Positions 36,942 through 50,500 of a DNA stretch of 64,000 nt are shown one piece after another; the first letter of the stretch is position 1, and the number at the start of each line of letters is the position of its first letter. Source of the stretch: Chiloscyllium plagiosum (lineage: Eukaryota). The position numbers and the translations under genes are program-made. The stretch covers positions 7,892,066 through 7,956,065 of the forward strand of contig NC_057718.1 of NCBI RefSeq assembly GCF_004010195.1, given 5' to 3'. Below the pieces are notes generated by a model that saw nothing but the letters and a program-made list of their open reading frames with translations, was not told the DNA's origin and did not search any database.

Positions 36942-37251
36942 GTTATTGAGGGAAAATGTACAATCAAGAGGCAGTTTATGAAAGGGAATAGACTCTTGAA
37001 CAAATTCCTTTGAGTCCTGTGCTTTAACCAACAAGCATGAAATTCAGCCATGGCAAATTCGCATCTTCATTCGGGTTTTCAACATCTCTTTCTTGTATCT
37101 CAGTTTGTTAGCAACAGTGGTGGCAGTTTATGATAGCTACACAGAAGCTGAAAAAACTGTGGATGCTGTAAATCAGAAACAAAAACAGAAATTGCTGGAA
37201 AAGCTCAGCAAGCCTGGCAGTATCTGAGGAGAGAAATCCGAGTTCAGAGTT

Positions 37252-37705
37252 GAGACGGTCAGCTCATGAGGAGAGACTGAGTAGACTGGGATTACATTCA
37301 TTGGATTTTGAAGAATGAAGGGGGATCTTATAGAAACATGTAAAATTATGAAGGGAATAGATAAAATAGATATAGAAGGACGTTTCCACTGGCAGGTGAA
37401 GCTAGGACAAGAAGACATAGCCTCAAAATTAGGGGGAGCAGATTTAGGACTGAATTGAGAAGGAACCTCTTCACCCAGAGTTGTGAATCTATGGTATTCC
37501 CTGCCCAGTGAAGTAGTTGACACCACTTTAGTAAATGTTTTTAAAGCTAAGGTAGATCTTTTTTTGAACAGGAAAGGAATTAAGGGTTATGTTGAGAGGG
37601 TGGGTAAGTGGAGCTGAGTCCATGAAAAGATCAGCCATGATCTTACTGAATGGCGGAGCAGGCTCGAGGGGCCAGACGGCCTACTCCTGCTCCTAGTTCT
37701 TATGT
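37252..37705 (+). mobile_element. CR1 3' fragment nested in an older PLE-derived element
   Basis: RMKGDLIET.KIMKGIDK; tail cctactcctgctcctagttcttatgtt. Confidence 0.85.
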
Positions 37706-38107
37706 TACGTTTCAGGTCATGTGACTCTTCCTCAGAATCCATCCAAAACATTAACTCTGCTTTCTCTCCACAGATGCTGCCCGACTTATTGAGCTTTTCC
37801 AGCAATAATGGCTGAATTGTTGGACTAAATATGCCTAATGCAGGAGGAGGGAAATTGAGAAGATATTGCCCTTTGAGGTGATGCTCAATAAAGTGGTCTG
37901 AGATTCCACACCATTTGGAAGATTGAGACGATCTCATACAATGTGTAAAGGTTCTAATGGTCAGGAATGTTCCCACTTACTGGCAAGTACAAAAGGGCAT
38001 CTCATTGTAACAAGAGGTCAACCACTTATTGTTGAGATGACAAGAAATTCCTTCACTCAAAGTGCTGTGGACTTTTAGAGTTCTTTCCATTGGAAAGCTG
38101 TGGATCA

Positions 38108-38432
38108 TCATAGAATCTCTTCAGTGTGGAAACTGGCCCTTCGGCCCAACAGGTCCAAGCCAATCCTCCAAACAGCAACCAACCCAGACCCACTCCTCCA
38201 TCCTATCATCCTTAACTGTGACCAATGCACCTAACCGACACATTCCTGAACACCATGGCCGATTCATCCAAACTGCTTATCTTTGGACTGTGGGAGGAAA
38301 CCGGAGCACCGGGAGGAAAAGGAAACCCACATAGGGAGAATGTGCAAACTCTACACAGATAGTCACCCGAGGGTGGGATTAAACGTGGGTCCCTGGCGCT
38401 GTGAGGCAGCAGTGCTAACCACTCTGCCACCC
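38108..38432 (-). mobile_element. HE1-type SINE
   Basis: V-domain and tRNA head in reverse complement. Confidence 0.85.
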
Positions 38433-38599
38433 CACATGAGGCACTGAGTATATTCGATGGATCAATACATTTCTAGTTAAGGGAAACATGACATATATTT
38501 GGCAAAATCATCCCCGCTTATAATGCCAGATGTCTACATTTCCAGGATAATATAATGGTGTGACTGGAAAGTTTTGAATGGATTCCCTGCCTCTTAGCA

Positions 38600-39042
38600 C
38601 ATGGGTTAGGCCACTGTTGGAATATTGCATGCAATTCTGGTCTCCTTCCTATCGGAAAGATGTTGTGAAACTTGAAAGGGTTCAGAAAAGATTTACAAGA
38701 ATGTTGCCAGGGTTGGAGGATTTGAGCTATAGGGAGAGGCTGAACAGGCTGGGGTAGGTTTAGGGTGAGAGGGGAAAGATATAAAAGAGACCTACGGGGC
38801 AACTTTTTCACACAGAGGGTGGAAAGTATATAGAATGAGCTGCCAAAGGAAGTGGTGGAGGCTGGTACATTTGCAACGTTTCAGAGGCATCTGGATGGGT
38901 ATACGAATGGGAAGGGTTTGGAGAGATATGGGCCGGGTGCTGGCAGGTGGGACTAGATTGGGTTGGGATATCTGGTCGGCGTGGACGGGTTGGACTGAAA
39001 GGTCTGTTTCCATGCTGTACCTCTCTATGACTCTATGACTCT
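38600..39042 (+). mobile_element. CR1 3' fragment, same subfamily as 1-436, internally deleted
   Basis: RPLLEYCMQFWSP; (ctatgact)n tail. Confidence 0.9.
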
Positions 39043-40975
39043 AACAGTCTAGGGGCAGAAGGAGGCTCTTTCTATGTTCACAGCTGATTATCTACATCAA
39101 AGCTATTGGCCCAGGCTATCTCCATATAAGGCCATAACACATATAAAACTCCCCACTTGCCTGGATGGGTGCAGCTCCAACCACTCTCAAGAGGTGTGAC
39201 ACCATCCAGAACAAAGCCGCCCATTCATTAGAGAGCGATGACTGACAATGGTTTAAGCTGAGGGTCATCATGCCTCAGGTGAGGGGAGAGGTTGTGAAGG
39301 AGAGTCCTTTATGGTAACGTCAGCCGGTGTGGGAATTGAACCCATGCTGTTCGCATCACTCTGCATCACAAACCAGCCAACTGAGCTGATCGACCTCTAT
39401 AAAGGAGTGAGAAAAGAAAGTCCTCTTCATCTTGGTTTTAAACAGAAGAGCCACCAGCTTCTGAGGTGACTTTCTCTGACCCTGGACTCTCCCATAAAGA
39501 GAAGCAAACTTCCCCAATTCTTAAACAAAAGTTGCTGGAAAAACTCAGCAGGTCTGGCAGCATGTGTGAACTGAAAGCAAGAGTCCACTGACCCTTTTTC
39601 AGAACTAATACTCAGGACCTGATTAAAGGACCAATTGGATGTAAGTAGGAAGTATGCAACTCATCAAAGAAAGACAGACATGCATTTACATAGCACCTTT
39701 CATAACCCTCAGATCTTACAAAGCACTTTACAGCCAATGAAATATTTGTTGAATGCTATTGCTGTAACATCAGTCATAACGGTGGCTAGTTTGCACCAAG
39801 AAAGACCCATACGCAGCCCCATGACAATAAGCAGGTAGCCTTCTAGTGGGGTATACCCTGACCCAACACTGAGGAATCCTCTGAAGGCTCTTTGTTAAAA
39901 GTTTTGACCTGAGAATGAATAAGAGGAGAAAGCTGAACAGGATAATGCCCACAGTAGGTATTGATTAATAAGTAACACAGAAGAAAGGCTGTGAAGGAAC
40001 ATTGTGTGAGTGAAACATTATCCCAAAGAGAAAGACCAACAATCTTGGTGTAAAAATTACTCTGGTTCAGTAGTCCTAATTGGTGAGGGATGCCTGCCTT
40101 TATGAAGTGCATCTGAAACACATACTCTTCAGTGCTTTGCAAGAGTTAGAAAGCAAATACTGACCTTGCCAGTGACACCCACAACAGACACTCAAGTAAA
40201 GTTAAGAGAGATTGAACAGTTTAGGTGACTTTGCTCTGAAATAATGGGGGCTTTAATAAGTTCACATGGGGACCTTTCTGTTTGTCGGAGAGAGTCTGAA
40301 GCTCAGGATCATAAGTAAAAGACTGTCATTAATAAGTCCAACTTTGTGTTTTAGAGATACACTTTTACCCAGAATATGATATGAATATGGGGGAAAATAA
40401 AGATGTCTTTAAGAGGAAGGACTAAAAAGTGATATAAAATAAAAGGCTCTTGTGGAATATAGATTGTTCAGCTTGATGGTTATCTTTGAGATGTTTTTGA
40501 TGCTAAGCTCTATAACATTTTATGAAATTGGCATAAGTAGTAACCTTGTGTTGTTTGGAAATCCATTAACAAATTTGATTTGTCACAGAGGTTTGAAGAC
40601 TACAGCAGATTCTGAATAAGGTTAAATCGAATATTATATTCACTTATTTCATTTGCCACAGGGTGCATCTGACCTTTTCCTGACACAACTGAGTGCCTGG
40701 TTCTGAAAACTGCAACCAGTGGGGGAGCCAAAATCTCACATTTCAATCCAGCGCTTAATGTAATCTAACCCTGTCTGCCTCGCCTCCTTCAAGGTCTCTC
40801 GCTACACCTCACCACCACCTCCCCCACAACCTTCCAGGCAAGTTCAAAGGGAAATTTTGGATACAGATGTTGAGAATCAAAACTAGTTTATTATCACAAG
40901 CACATGTGGATGGGAGAGTGGTTAACTGTTCTTGACACAACACATTGGCCTGCTGGCATTTCAGTCAAGGGCAAT

Positions 40976-41285
40976 TTAGATTAGATTACCTGCAGTATGA
41001 AACAGACTATTCAACCCAACAAGTCCACACACCAACCCTCTGAAGAGTAACCCACCCAGACCCATTCCCCTCCGACGAATGCACCTAACACTATGGGCAA
41101 CTTACCATGGCCAATTCACATATCTCTGAATTGCAGGAGGGAGCTGGAGCACCTGGAAGAAACTCACACAGACATGGGGAGAATGTGCAAACTCCACACA
41201 GATATTCACCTGAGGCTGGAATTGAACCCAGGTCCTTGGAGCTATGAGGCAGCAGTGCTAACCACTGAGCCATTGTGCCACCACA
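40976..41285 (-). mobile_element. HE1-type SINE
   Basis: Reverse complement of the 8244 family. Confidence 0.85.
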
Positions 41286-41867
41286 CAGTGCACTTTAGCA
41301 TTGCTTTCCCTTGTAAGTTCAAACTGTGGGTCTCTGATTTACATTTGTCATTCTTGATAAGAAGGTCAATTATCAGGAGGCTCCCACCCAATCTTCCAAG
41401 CAAGGATGTAAGGAATTGTAAATTTTTCTCAACTTTTATTCCTAGCCCAAAACTCCCATTTTCTCTCAAAGAGGCATGAGCAGATAATTACTAAAGTACA
41501 GTCTTTCAGATGAGGCACTAAACTAAGGGCTGGGCTGCCCTTTAAGACGGTTGTGAAATGCCTTAGATTTTAAGGAAAATGGGGATACACCCTAATTATG
41601 TTGTGAATACTTTTCCTTAAAATCTCAAAATCAGATGATCTGCTTGTTAACATTGTCTGTGGGATGTTACTGGGTTCAGGGTGGCTGCACCTTTATTTGT
41701 GTTTCACCATAAAGTACATATCAAAGGTACCATTGGCACATGCTGTGATGGGGAAGAGGCTATAGAAATGCAAGACTTTCTCTGCTCTCTTTTGGAAAAA
41801 GCATGCATATCGCTTCCTCAGTGGCTTGGCTTGAAGATCAGTGTTGGCAAGCTCCTCAATCCATTCT

Positions 41868-42245
41868 TAGAGTCATAGAAACATAGCTGATGTACAGCAC
41901 AAAAGCAGACCCTTCGGTCTGACTCGTCCATGCTGACCAGATATCCTTACCTCAACTATTCCCATTTGCCAGCACTTAGCCGATATTCCTCCAAACCCTC
42001 CTTATTCATATACCCATCCAGATGCATTTTAAATGCTGTAATTGTACCACCCTCCACCACTTCCTCTGGCAGCTCATTCCATTCATGTACCACCCTCTGC
42101 ATGAAACAATTGATCCTTAGGTCCCTTTTAACTTTTTCCTCTTTCACCCTAAACCTATGCCCTTTAGTTCTGGACTCCCCCACTCCAGGGAAAAAACCTT
42201 GTCTATTCACCCTATCCATGCCCCTAGTGATTGTATGAACCTCTT
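41868..42245 (-). mobile_element. CR1 3' fragment
   Basis: MDRVNRQGFFPGVGESRTKGHRFRV..WNELPEEVVE. Confidence 0.9.
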
Positions 42246-42249
42246 ATTG

Positions 42250-42605
42250 CCTCATTTCAGACAGTGCTGCTCTCACCCTTTCCCCAGGTTCTAGAAACAG
42301 ATAGAGGTTCTCCTGGTCCACACCTTCCATGCTACCAGCTTCTGTAGTCAACAAATGATCTTCTGCCATTTTATGCACATTGGCATCACCAACACATCTT
42401 TTCTTCTCTTCCCCATTCAATACTTCAAAGGGAACTCTGTGGCACTGTGCCCACTTCTGAGTCAGTCACAGCACCCCCTCTCCTTCACACTATTCATTCC
42501 ATCCAGGATGTCCAACACGTAACCTTTATCCAAACTCCTCCCTTTCATTGTCCCTGTTCCCAATAACTCCTTCCAGTTAGAACAGCGATTCACTTGTACT
42601 TTCAA
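42250..42605 (+). mobile_element. Decayed PLE ORF fragment (RT thumb / linker region)
   Basis: Frameshifted VLLVHTFHATS..HIF..SFQLEQRFTCT pattern resembling PLE ORFs. Confidence 0.5.
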
Positions 42606-42960
42606 TTTTCCTTTTGAATGGATCACATAACGCTAGCAGCCAAGTTCAACACATAATAGGAAAGGCAATGGAATGTTGGCGAATAACAATAAGGAGGGAG
42701 CAAAATTGCACCTGGGAGAATGTTTTAAGCCAAATATATAGAAGGCACAACAAGGAAGAGGGTGTTTCTGAACCTAATATTTTGAAATGAGCCCAGGTAG
42801 CTGGAAAGTGTATAGTAGAGGAACATTTTGGAAATAATGATCATAACGTGATTTGAGGTATCTGTGGGAATGGATAAACAGGCGGGCACTGAAAAGACAA
42901 CAACCAGTCACTACCCCTCTCAATCTGCTGAAACTGAGATGGCATCATTTATGAATATTA

Positions 42961-43222
42961 GGGGTTGTTGTGGTGCAGTGGTAGTGTCCCTACTTTTGGG
43001 ATAGAAGAACCAGGTTCAAGTCACAACTGTTTCAGGTGTGAAGAATAGCAAGTCTCAACAGGATAATTCAAAAACATCCTATGCGTATTATGTATGGCAA
43101 TCAAGGAGCTTCTAGCGCAATGGTAGTACCCCTTACTCCTGAGCTTGAAGACCTGGGTTCAAGTCTCACCTATTCCTGAGGTGTGTAGTAACATCTCTAA
43201 TATATTGATTCAGTAAGTATCT
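42961..43222 (+). mobile_element. Two adjacent short tRNA-derived SINE copies
   Basis: tggtgcagtggtag..ggttcaagtc (42961-43075) and agcgcaatggtag..ggttcaagtc (43106-43222) with similar 3' parts. Confidence 0.6.
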
Positions 43223-44044
43223 GTGAGATGTTTATCATTTTTGAAGTTAAGTTCCACCTCATCAATAACATACATGATGTTGACATGTTCTGAAAATATT
43301 TTTTGATTTATTCTAGCATTTAGTATGCTTTGAATGTAACCACCTCACATTGACTAGAAGCATTTAGAGAATATGTAACAAACAGACCCAAGTTCTTTTA
43401 TCGTCCTCGCATTATGCCAACATGCAGTCTATCATTACATATCAATACTGGATATGGAGGTTTTCAGTTTCGATGTGTATTACATTTATATCAATGTTAA
43501 ACCAATCTGCTATTAATTAGCCTCTATATTTAATATATCTGGAACCTTTGAGTGTAGTTTACTTCTCCTGAACTTGTCACTAATGACCATGATAATTGAA
43601 AACAGTTCACTATTATTGGGAGCATGGAGTGAATAGGGTTTTGCAAGACCCAGTTATTGCTTATAAAAAGCTACCAGTGAAGTTGTGATTGATTATAAAC
43701 CCCAGGAAATGTTCTTTTTCAACATCACCTGGTAGGATTTAACTGTCACTCCTGGTCGGAAACCAAATAATAGCAATGACAAATCCTCTGAAAGAATAAT
43801 TGAGTATCATGCACAGGCAATGGATAGTATAATGAGCAGGTGAATAATATATGGAGGGTCAGGCAAGTTGGATAACAGGCAGGGAAACGTAATGGTAGAA
43901 GGTCTAATAGGTGGAAGTTCAGTGGGTGGTGTGTATTGTAGGCCAGTAAGGTGGGTGCGAGTGTAAAGGGCTTTGTAACAGGCTGAGGGGATAGTGGAGA
44001 GAAGAGCAGATGGGAAGGGTATAAATGAATAGGACATTTGTCTA

Positions 44045-44340
44045 ATGTTCATTCACAAGATGTGGGCACCACTGGCTGGACCATCATTTGTTGTCCATTC
44101 TTTATACATCAACCACATTGCTGTGGGTCTGGAGTCGCATGGAGGTCAGGCCTGTCTCTTCCCTAAAGTTCATCATTGAACCAGATGGGTTTACCTGATA
44201 ATCCTCAATGGAGCCATTGTCATCATTGGGTTCTTAATTCCAGATTCTTATTGAATTCAAATTTCACCATCCACCATGATGAGATTTCCATCCAGGTTCC
44301 CAGAACATTGTCCCGGTTTCTGGAATTAATAGTCAAACAA
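44045..44340 (-). mobile_element. SINE family 2
   Basis: cattgctgtgggtctggagtc core in reverse; another antisense copy at 57690-57980. Confidence 0.8.
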
Positions 44341-44438
44341 AAACACTTCTTGGCTAACGTGTGCACAATGGGGTAAGACTGTCAATAGGGGAGCAGTTAA
44401 ACTCAGGAATGTGCAAGAGATCTGAATTGGAGGAACTC

Positions 44439-44516
44439 AGAATTGGGAAGCGAGGTAAGAATTGGGAAGCGAGGTCAGAATTGGGAAGCGAGGTCAGAAT
44501 TGGGAAGCGAGGTAAG
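44439..44516. repeat. 19-bp tandem repeat, 4 units
   Basis: agaattgggaagcgaggt(a/c). Confidence 0.9.
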
Positions 44517-44884
44517 TCCTAGGAACCCTGGAAAACAACGATAAGAATTTTAAAATAGAACCAGATGAATGGAGTTGAAGAATAATATTTTTTTAAATAA
44601 TAAATTAATAGTTTTCAATTGCTGTTAGTGTCTTCTGCTGTGAAGACTGATGCAAAACATTTATTCCATTCATTTGCCATTTCCTAGTTCCCCATGATGA
44701 TTTCCTTCTCCTCATTCCCTAAGATACCTATGTTCACCTTGGCTTCTCTCTTCCTTTATATCTCTTTAAAGAAGCTCTTGTTGTATGGGCCAAATGCAGG
44801 TAAGTGGGACTAGTTTAGTTTGGGAAGCTTGGTTGACATGGATGAGTTGGACTGAAGGGTCTGTTTCTAAGCTGTATGACTCTG

Positions 44885-45300
44885 TGTTTCCATGATTCTA
44901 AATAGACCTGTCAGCCCCACTATGTCTATGCTGACCAACACCACCAAACTGCACTGATCCCCTTCACTGCATTTTAAGTGCTCATCCAGGTGTTTCTTAA
45001 ATGCTGTGAGAGTACCTTTCTCCACTGCCCTCTCAGTAGCACCTTCTACATCTCCACCAAACTCTGGATAAAGAAAATTCTTTTTCACATCTCCTCTGAA
45101 CCACCTTCTTCTCATATTAACCATGTGCCGTCTGCTCTTAGACACATCAGCCATGGGGAAAATATTCTCATGATCTACCCTGTCCATGCCTCTAATAATT
45201 TTCTATATCTCAATCAGATCCATCCTCATCCTCCTCTGCTTCAGGGAAAACCACCCCAGCCTATTCTGTCTTCATAACTGAGACTTTTCACAGCTTGGGA
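44885..45300 (-). mobile_element. CR1 3' fragment
   Basis: MDRVDHENIFPMADVSKSRRH..AFKKHLDEHLK. Confidence 0.8.
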
Positions 45301-45304
45301 AAAG

Positions 45305-46105
45305 CTTTGGAGCTCAGGTTGTGAAGCAGGTTGTCAGTTTTCTCACTGAGCTGGTAGATTTGTTCTCAGAAGTTTCATCACCATGCTAGGTAGCATCATC
45401 AGTGAGCTTCTGTTGAAGCGCTGGTGCGTACTGTCCCACTCACTATTTATCTGCCTTAGTCTGTTGTGGTCTGTTTCTGAGAGGTTGGTAAATGGGGTCG
45501 AAATTGATGTGTTTGTTGATGGAATTCTGGTTTGAATGCCAGGCCTCGAGGAATTCCCACGCATGCCTTTGATTAGCCTGTTCCAGGATGGATGTTTTGT
45601 CCCAATCGAACTGGTGTCCCTCTTCGTCTGTGTGTATGGATACTAGTGATAGTTGGTCATGTCTTTTGGTGGCTAATTGGTGCTCATGTATCCTGGTGAC
45701 TAGTTTCCTGCCTGTCTGTCCAATGTAATATTTGTTGCAGTCCTTGTTTTGTATTTTGTTTGTGACGTTCATTCTGCTGGCTGTTGGTACAAAATCCTTT
45801 AAATTCATCAGGAGCTGTTTCAGTGTGGTGGTAGGTTTGTGGGCTACCATGATGCCTAGAGGACTGAGTAGTGTGGTTGTAATCTCTGAGATGTCTTTAA
45901 TGTATGGCAGGGTGGCTAGAGTCTTTGAGCGTGTTGTGTCTTCAGGTCCGTTGTGCAGGAATCAGCAGACTGTGCTTACTGGATACCTGCTCCTGAATAC
46001 TTTGTTTAGGTGTTTTTCCTTGTCTTGTTGTAGTTCCTGGGTGCTGCAATGTGTTCTGGCTGATTTAAATAATGTCCTGATGCAGGTCCGTTTGTGGGTG
46101 TTGAC
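45305..46105 (-). mobile_element. Penelope-like element 3' part: GIY-YIG endonuclease and pLTR
   Basis: VAHKPTTTLKQLL..DCNKYYIGQTGRKLVTRIHEH..HQFDW..FLEAWHS..SINK; hammerhead motif downstream. Confidence 0.9.
45365..45407 (-). ncRNA. Hammerhead ribozyme motif in the PLE pLTR, slightly decayed
   Basis: Minus strand ctca-CTGATGA-tgctacctagcatggtgat-GAAA-cttc-tgag; stem I ctca/tgag. Confidence 0.65.
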
Positions 46106-46295
46106 AGTTCACCCCAGGTAACATCCTGGTGAATCTCCTCTGCACTCTCTCCAGTGCAATCACATAGTTATACACCAAGGTCTCCTTGTTCATCAGTACT
46201 CCAAAGCACTTACCATTCATTGAGTATATCTTTCCCTTATTAAACTTTCCAAAATGTATCACCTCGCATTTATCAGAACTGAATTCATCAAGCAG

Positions 46296-47542
46296 TTGCA
46301 GGAAGGGAAGTTCGTGTTTGACAAACTTCTTGGAGTTCTTTGATGATGTAACAAGCGCGGTGGATGGAGGGGAACAGGTGGATGCTGTATACTTGGATTC
46401 CCAGAAGGTGTTCAGTAAGGTGCCGAATAAAAGACTCATCCATAAGATAAGAATGCATGAAGTTGTAGGGAATGTACTAGCATGGATAGAGGATTGGTTA
46501 ACCAATAGAAAGCAAAGAGTTGGGATAAATGGGTGTTTCTCTGGTTGGAGATCAGTGGTGAGTGGGGTGCCGCAGGGGTCGGTGTTGGGTCTGCAACTGT
46601 CCATGATATATATATATAAATGATTTGGAAGAGGAGACCGAATGTAATGTATCCAGGTTTACCGATGACACTAAACTGAATGGAAAGGCACACTGTGCAG
46701 AGGATGTGAAGGATCTGCAGAGAGATTTAGATAGGTTGTGAATGGGCAAGGGTCTGGCAGATGGAGTACAATGTTGGTTAATGTGAGGAAATAAAAGCAG
46801 TAGGTCAGACTATTATTTAAAGGGTGAAAGACTGCAGCATGCTGCTGTGCAGAGGGACTTAGGAGTCCTCGTAATGAATCACTAAAAGTTGATTTGCAGT
46901 TGCAACAGGTAATCAGGAAGGCAAATGGAATATTAGCTTTCATTGCTAGAGGATTGAATTTAAGAGCAAGGAGGTTCAGCTGCGATTGTACAAGGTGTTG
47001 ATGAGGTTGGATATTGTGAACAGTTCTGGACTCCTTACTTGAGGAAGGATATACAGGCTTTGGAGGCAGTGCAGAGGAGGTTCACCAGGTTGATTCCAGA
47101 GATGAGGTGGTTACCCTGTGAGGAGAGGTTGAGCCACCAGGGACTGTACTCACTAGAATTTAGAAGATTGAGAGGGGATCTTTTCGAAACATATAAAATT
47201 ATGAAAGGGATAGATAAGATCAAGGCAGGCAAATTGTTTCCACTGGTGGGTGAGATTAGGACTATCGGACATGGCCTCAAGATTAGGGGGAGCAGATTTA
47301 AGACAGAGATGAGGAGGAAATGCTTTTGCCAGAGAGTAGGAATCTATGGAATTCTCTGCCCTAGGAAGCAGTAGAGACAACTTCGTTAAGTATATTCACG
47401 GCACTGTTGGATGGGTTTTTGCATGGTAGGGGAATTAAGGGTCATGGGGATAATGCAGGGAGGAGGAGCTGAGACGATGGATAGATCAGCCATGATCTTA
47501 ATGACAGGTCTACTCCTGCGTCTATTACTATGAAACTATGAA
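46296..47542 (+). mobile_element. CR1 RT-to-3' UTR fragment (short antisense CR1 piece at 46112-46290)
   Basis: [37 protein letters not shown]. Confidence 0.9.
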
Positions 47543-47544
47543 TT

Positions 47545-50500
47545 CCACCTGCCATTGCTCTTCCCAATTTGCCAGTGGATCACTATCAGACTGCAGCCTG
47601 AGACCATCCATCTCACTATCACCAATTTTCCTACAAACTTCCTACTAATCAAACTTCTCTACATTCACATCCAAATTGTTAATGTAAATAACAAACAGCA
47701 AGGGTCCCAGCACCGATCCCTGTGGTATACCACTGGTCACAGACTTCCAAGCACATAAACATCCCTCCACCATCACCCTTTGCCTCCTGTTTGGAAGCCA
47801 ATTTTGGATCCAGTTTGCCAACTTGCCTTGGATCCCCTGGGCTCTTACCTTGCGGACCAGCCTTCCATGTGGGATCAAGTCAAAGCCCTTACTGAAGCCC
47901 AAGGAAACCACATTAACTGCACCAACTACATCAGTAAATTTGGTCACCTGTTTAGAAAACTCAATTAAATTAGTCAGACAAGATCTTCCTTTATAAATCC
48001 GTGCTGACTATTCCTGATCAATACCTGCAGTCCCAAGTATTGATTAAGTTTGTCCTTCAGAATTGTTTCCAATAATTTCCCTATCACTAACTGGTCTGTA
48101 ATTACCTGGCCTAAACCAGCTGAGGAGAAAGTGAGGGCTGCAGATGCTGGAGATCAGAGCTGAAAATGTGTTGCTGGAAAAGCACAGCAGGTCAGGCAGC
48201 ATCCAAGGAACAGGAGAATCGACATTTCGGGCATAAGCCCTTCCTCAGGAATGAAGAAAGTGTATCCAGCAGGCTAAAATAAAAGGTAGGGAGGAGGGAC
48301 TTGGGGGAGGGGCTTTGGAAATTAGATTAGATTAGATTACTTACAGTGTGGAAACAGGCCCTTCGGCCCAACAAGTCCACACCGACCCGCCGAAGCGCAA
48401 CCCACCCATACCCCTACATTTACCCCTTTAACCTAACACTACGGGCAATTTAGCATGGCCAATTCACCTGACTCGCACNNNNNNNNNNNNNNNNNNNNNN
48501 NNNNNNNNNNNNNNNNNNNNNNNNNNNNNNNNNNNNNNNNNNNNNNNNNNNNNNNNNNNNNNNNNNNNNNNNNNNNNNNNNNNNNNNNNNNNNNNNNNNN
48601 NNNNNNNNNNNNNNNNNNNNNNNNNNNNNNNNNNNNNNNNNNNNNNNNNNNNNNNNNNNNNNNNNNNNNNNNNNNNNNNNNNNNNNNNNNNNNNNNNNNN
48701 NNNNNNNNNNNNNNNNNNNNNNNNNNNNNNNNNNNNNNNNNNNNNNNNNNNNNNNNNNNNNNNNNNNNNNNNNNNNNNNNNNNNNNNNNNNNNNNNNNNN
48801 NNNNNNNNNNNNNNNNNNNNNNNNNNNNNNNNNNNNNNNNNNNNNNNNNNNNNNNNNNNNNNNNNNNNNNNNNNNNNNNNNNNNNNNNNNNNNNNNNNNN
48901 NNNNNNNNNNNNNNNNNNNNNNNNNNNNNNNNNNNNNNNNNNNNNNNNNNNNNNNNNNNNNNNNNNNNNNNNNNNNNNNNNNNNNNNNNNNNNNNNNNNN
49001 NNNNNNNNNNNNNNNNNNNNNNNNNNNNNNNNNNNNNNNNNNNNNNNNNNNNNNNNNNNNNNNNNNNNNNNNNNNNNNNNNNNNNNNNNNNNNNNNNNNN
49101 NNNNNNNNNNNNNNNNNNNNNNNNNNNNNNNNNNNNNNNNNNNNNNNNNNNNNNNNNNNNNNNNNNNNNNNNNNNNNNNNNNNNNNNNNNNNNNNNNNNN
49201 NNNNNNNNNNNNNNNNNNNNNNNNNNNNNNNNNNNNNNNNNNNNNNNNNNNNNNNNNNNNNNNNNNNCTCACCTTGACCTCCCTCCACCTATCGCATTTC
49301 CAAAGCCCCTCCCCCAAGTCCCTCCTCCCTACCTTTTATCTTAGCCTGCTGGATACACTTTCTTCATTCCTGAAGAAGGGCTTATGCCCAAAATGTCGAT
49401 TCTCCTGTTCCTTGGATGCTGCCTGACCTGCTGCGCTTTTCCAGCAACACATTTTCAGCCAAACCAGCTGAGACAAAGGAAACACATTAATAATCCTCTC
49501 GTCATTTGGCATTTCCCCTGTAGCCAGCGAAGTATTAAATATCTCCATCAGGGCCCCAGTAATCTCCTCCCTGCCTCCCAAAGCAGCCTGGGATACATCT
49601 CATTGGACCCTGGCAATGTATCTACCTTTATGACCACTAAAACATCTAATCTCTCCTCCCTATCAATCTTACCATGTTCTAGAACCTCCCCATCCCAAAT
49701 GAAATCCCCAGCTACAATGCCTTTCTCCTCTATAAATAAAGTTACGAAATATTCATTTAAGATCTCACCCACATCTACCTACTACACGCACAAGTTGCTC
49801 TATTGGTCTCTAATAGTCCCCACCTTTCCCTGGTATTCCTCTTATTTTTAATATACTTATGAAAAGCTTTGAGGTTTTCCTTAATCTTATCTGCCACAGA
49901 TATTCTGTGTCCCCTTTTTGCCCTTCTAATTTCCTTTTTAACCAACCCCTTACACTCTTCATAGTTTTGAAGGTCCTCCCTGTTTTTAATTCATTGAGTC
50001 AGATACATGTTTCATTATTTTTCTTTACCAAATTCTTGATATCCCTTGACATCCAGGATTCCCTGGACCTGCTTCCCTATCCCTTCCCTCTCAGAGGAAC
50101 AAGACAGTCCTGCATTCTCACTGCTACTTTTAACAGACTCCCACTTCCCAAATGTCGTCTTACCTGCTGCTCCCAGTCAGTGTTTGCCAGATCCTGTCTG
50201 ACAATATTAAAATTGACCCAACTTAAGCACTTAACTTCTGCACCATCCTTATCCTTTTCCATAATGACTTTGGAACTTACAGAGTTATGATCACTATTCC
50301 CAAAATACTTGCCCATTGGCACTTCAGATACTTGGCCAGCTTTATTCCCTAGGATTAGGTCTAACATTGTCCCATCTCCAGTCAGGCTATCTATGGACTG
50401 GTAGAAAAAGCTTTCCTGAATGCATTTTAAAAATTCCACATTGACTAATCTTTCAAACTGAGATGATTCCAGTTGATGTTAGAAAAGTTGAAATCCCCAA

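Noticed and set aside
48439..49426. Long ORFs of 274-323 aa
   Set aside because: They run through the N gap
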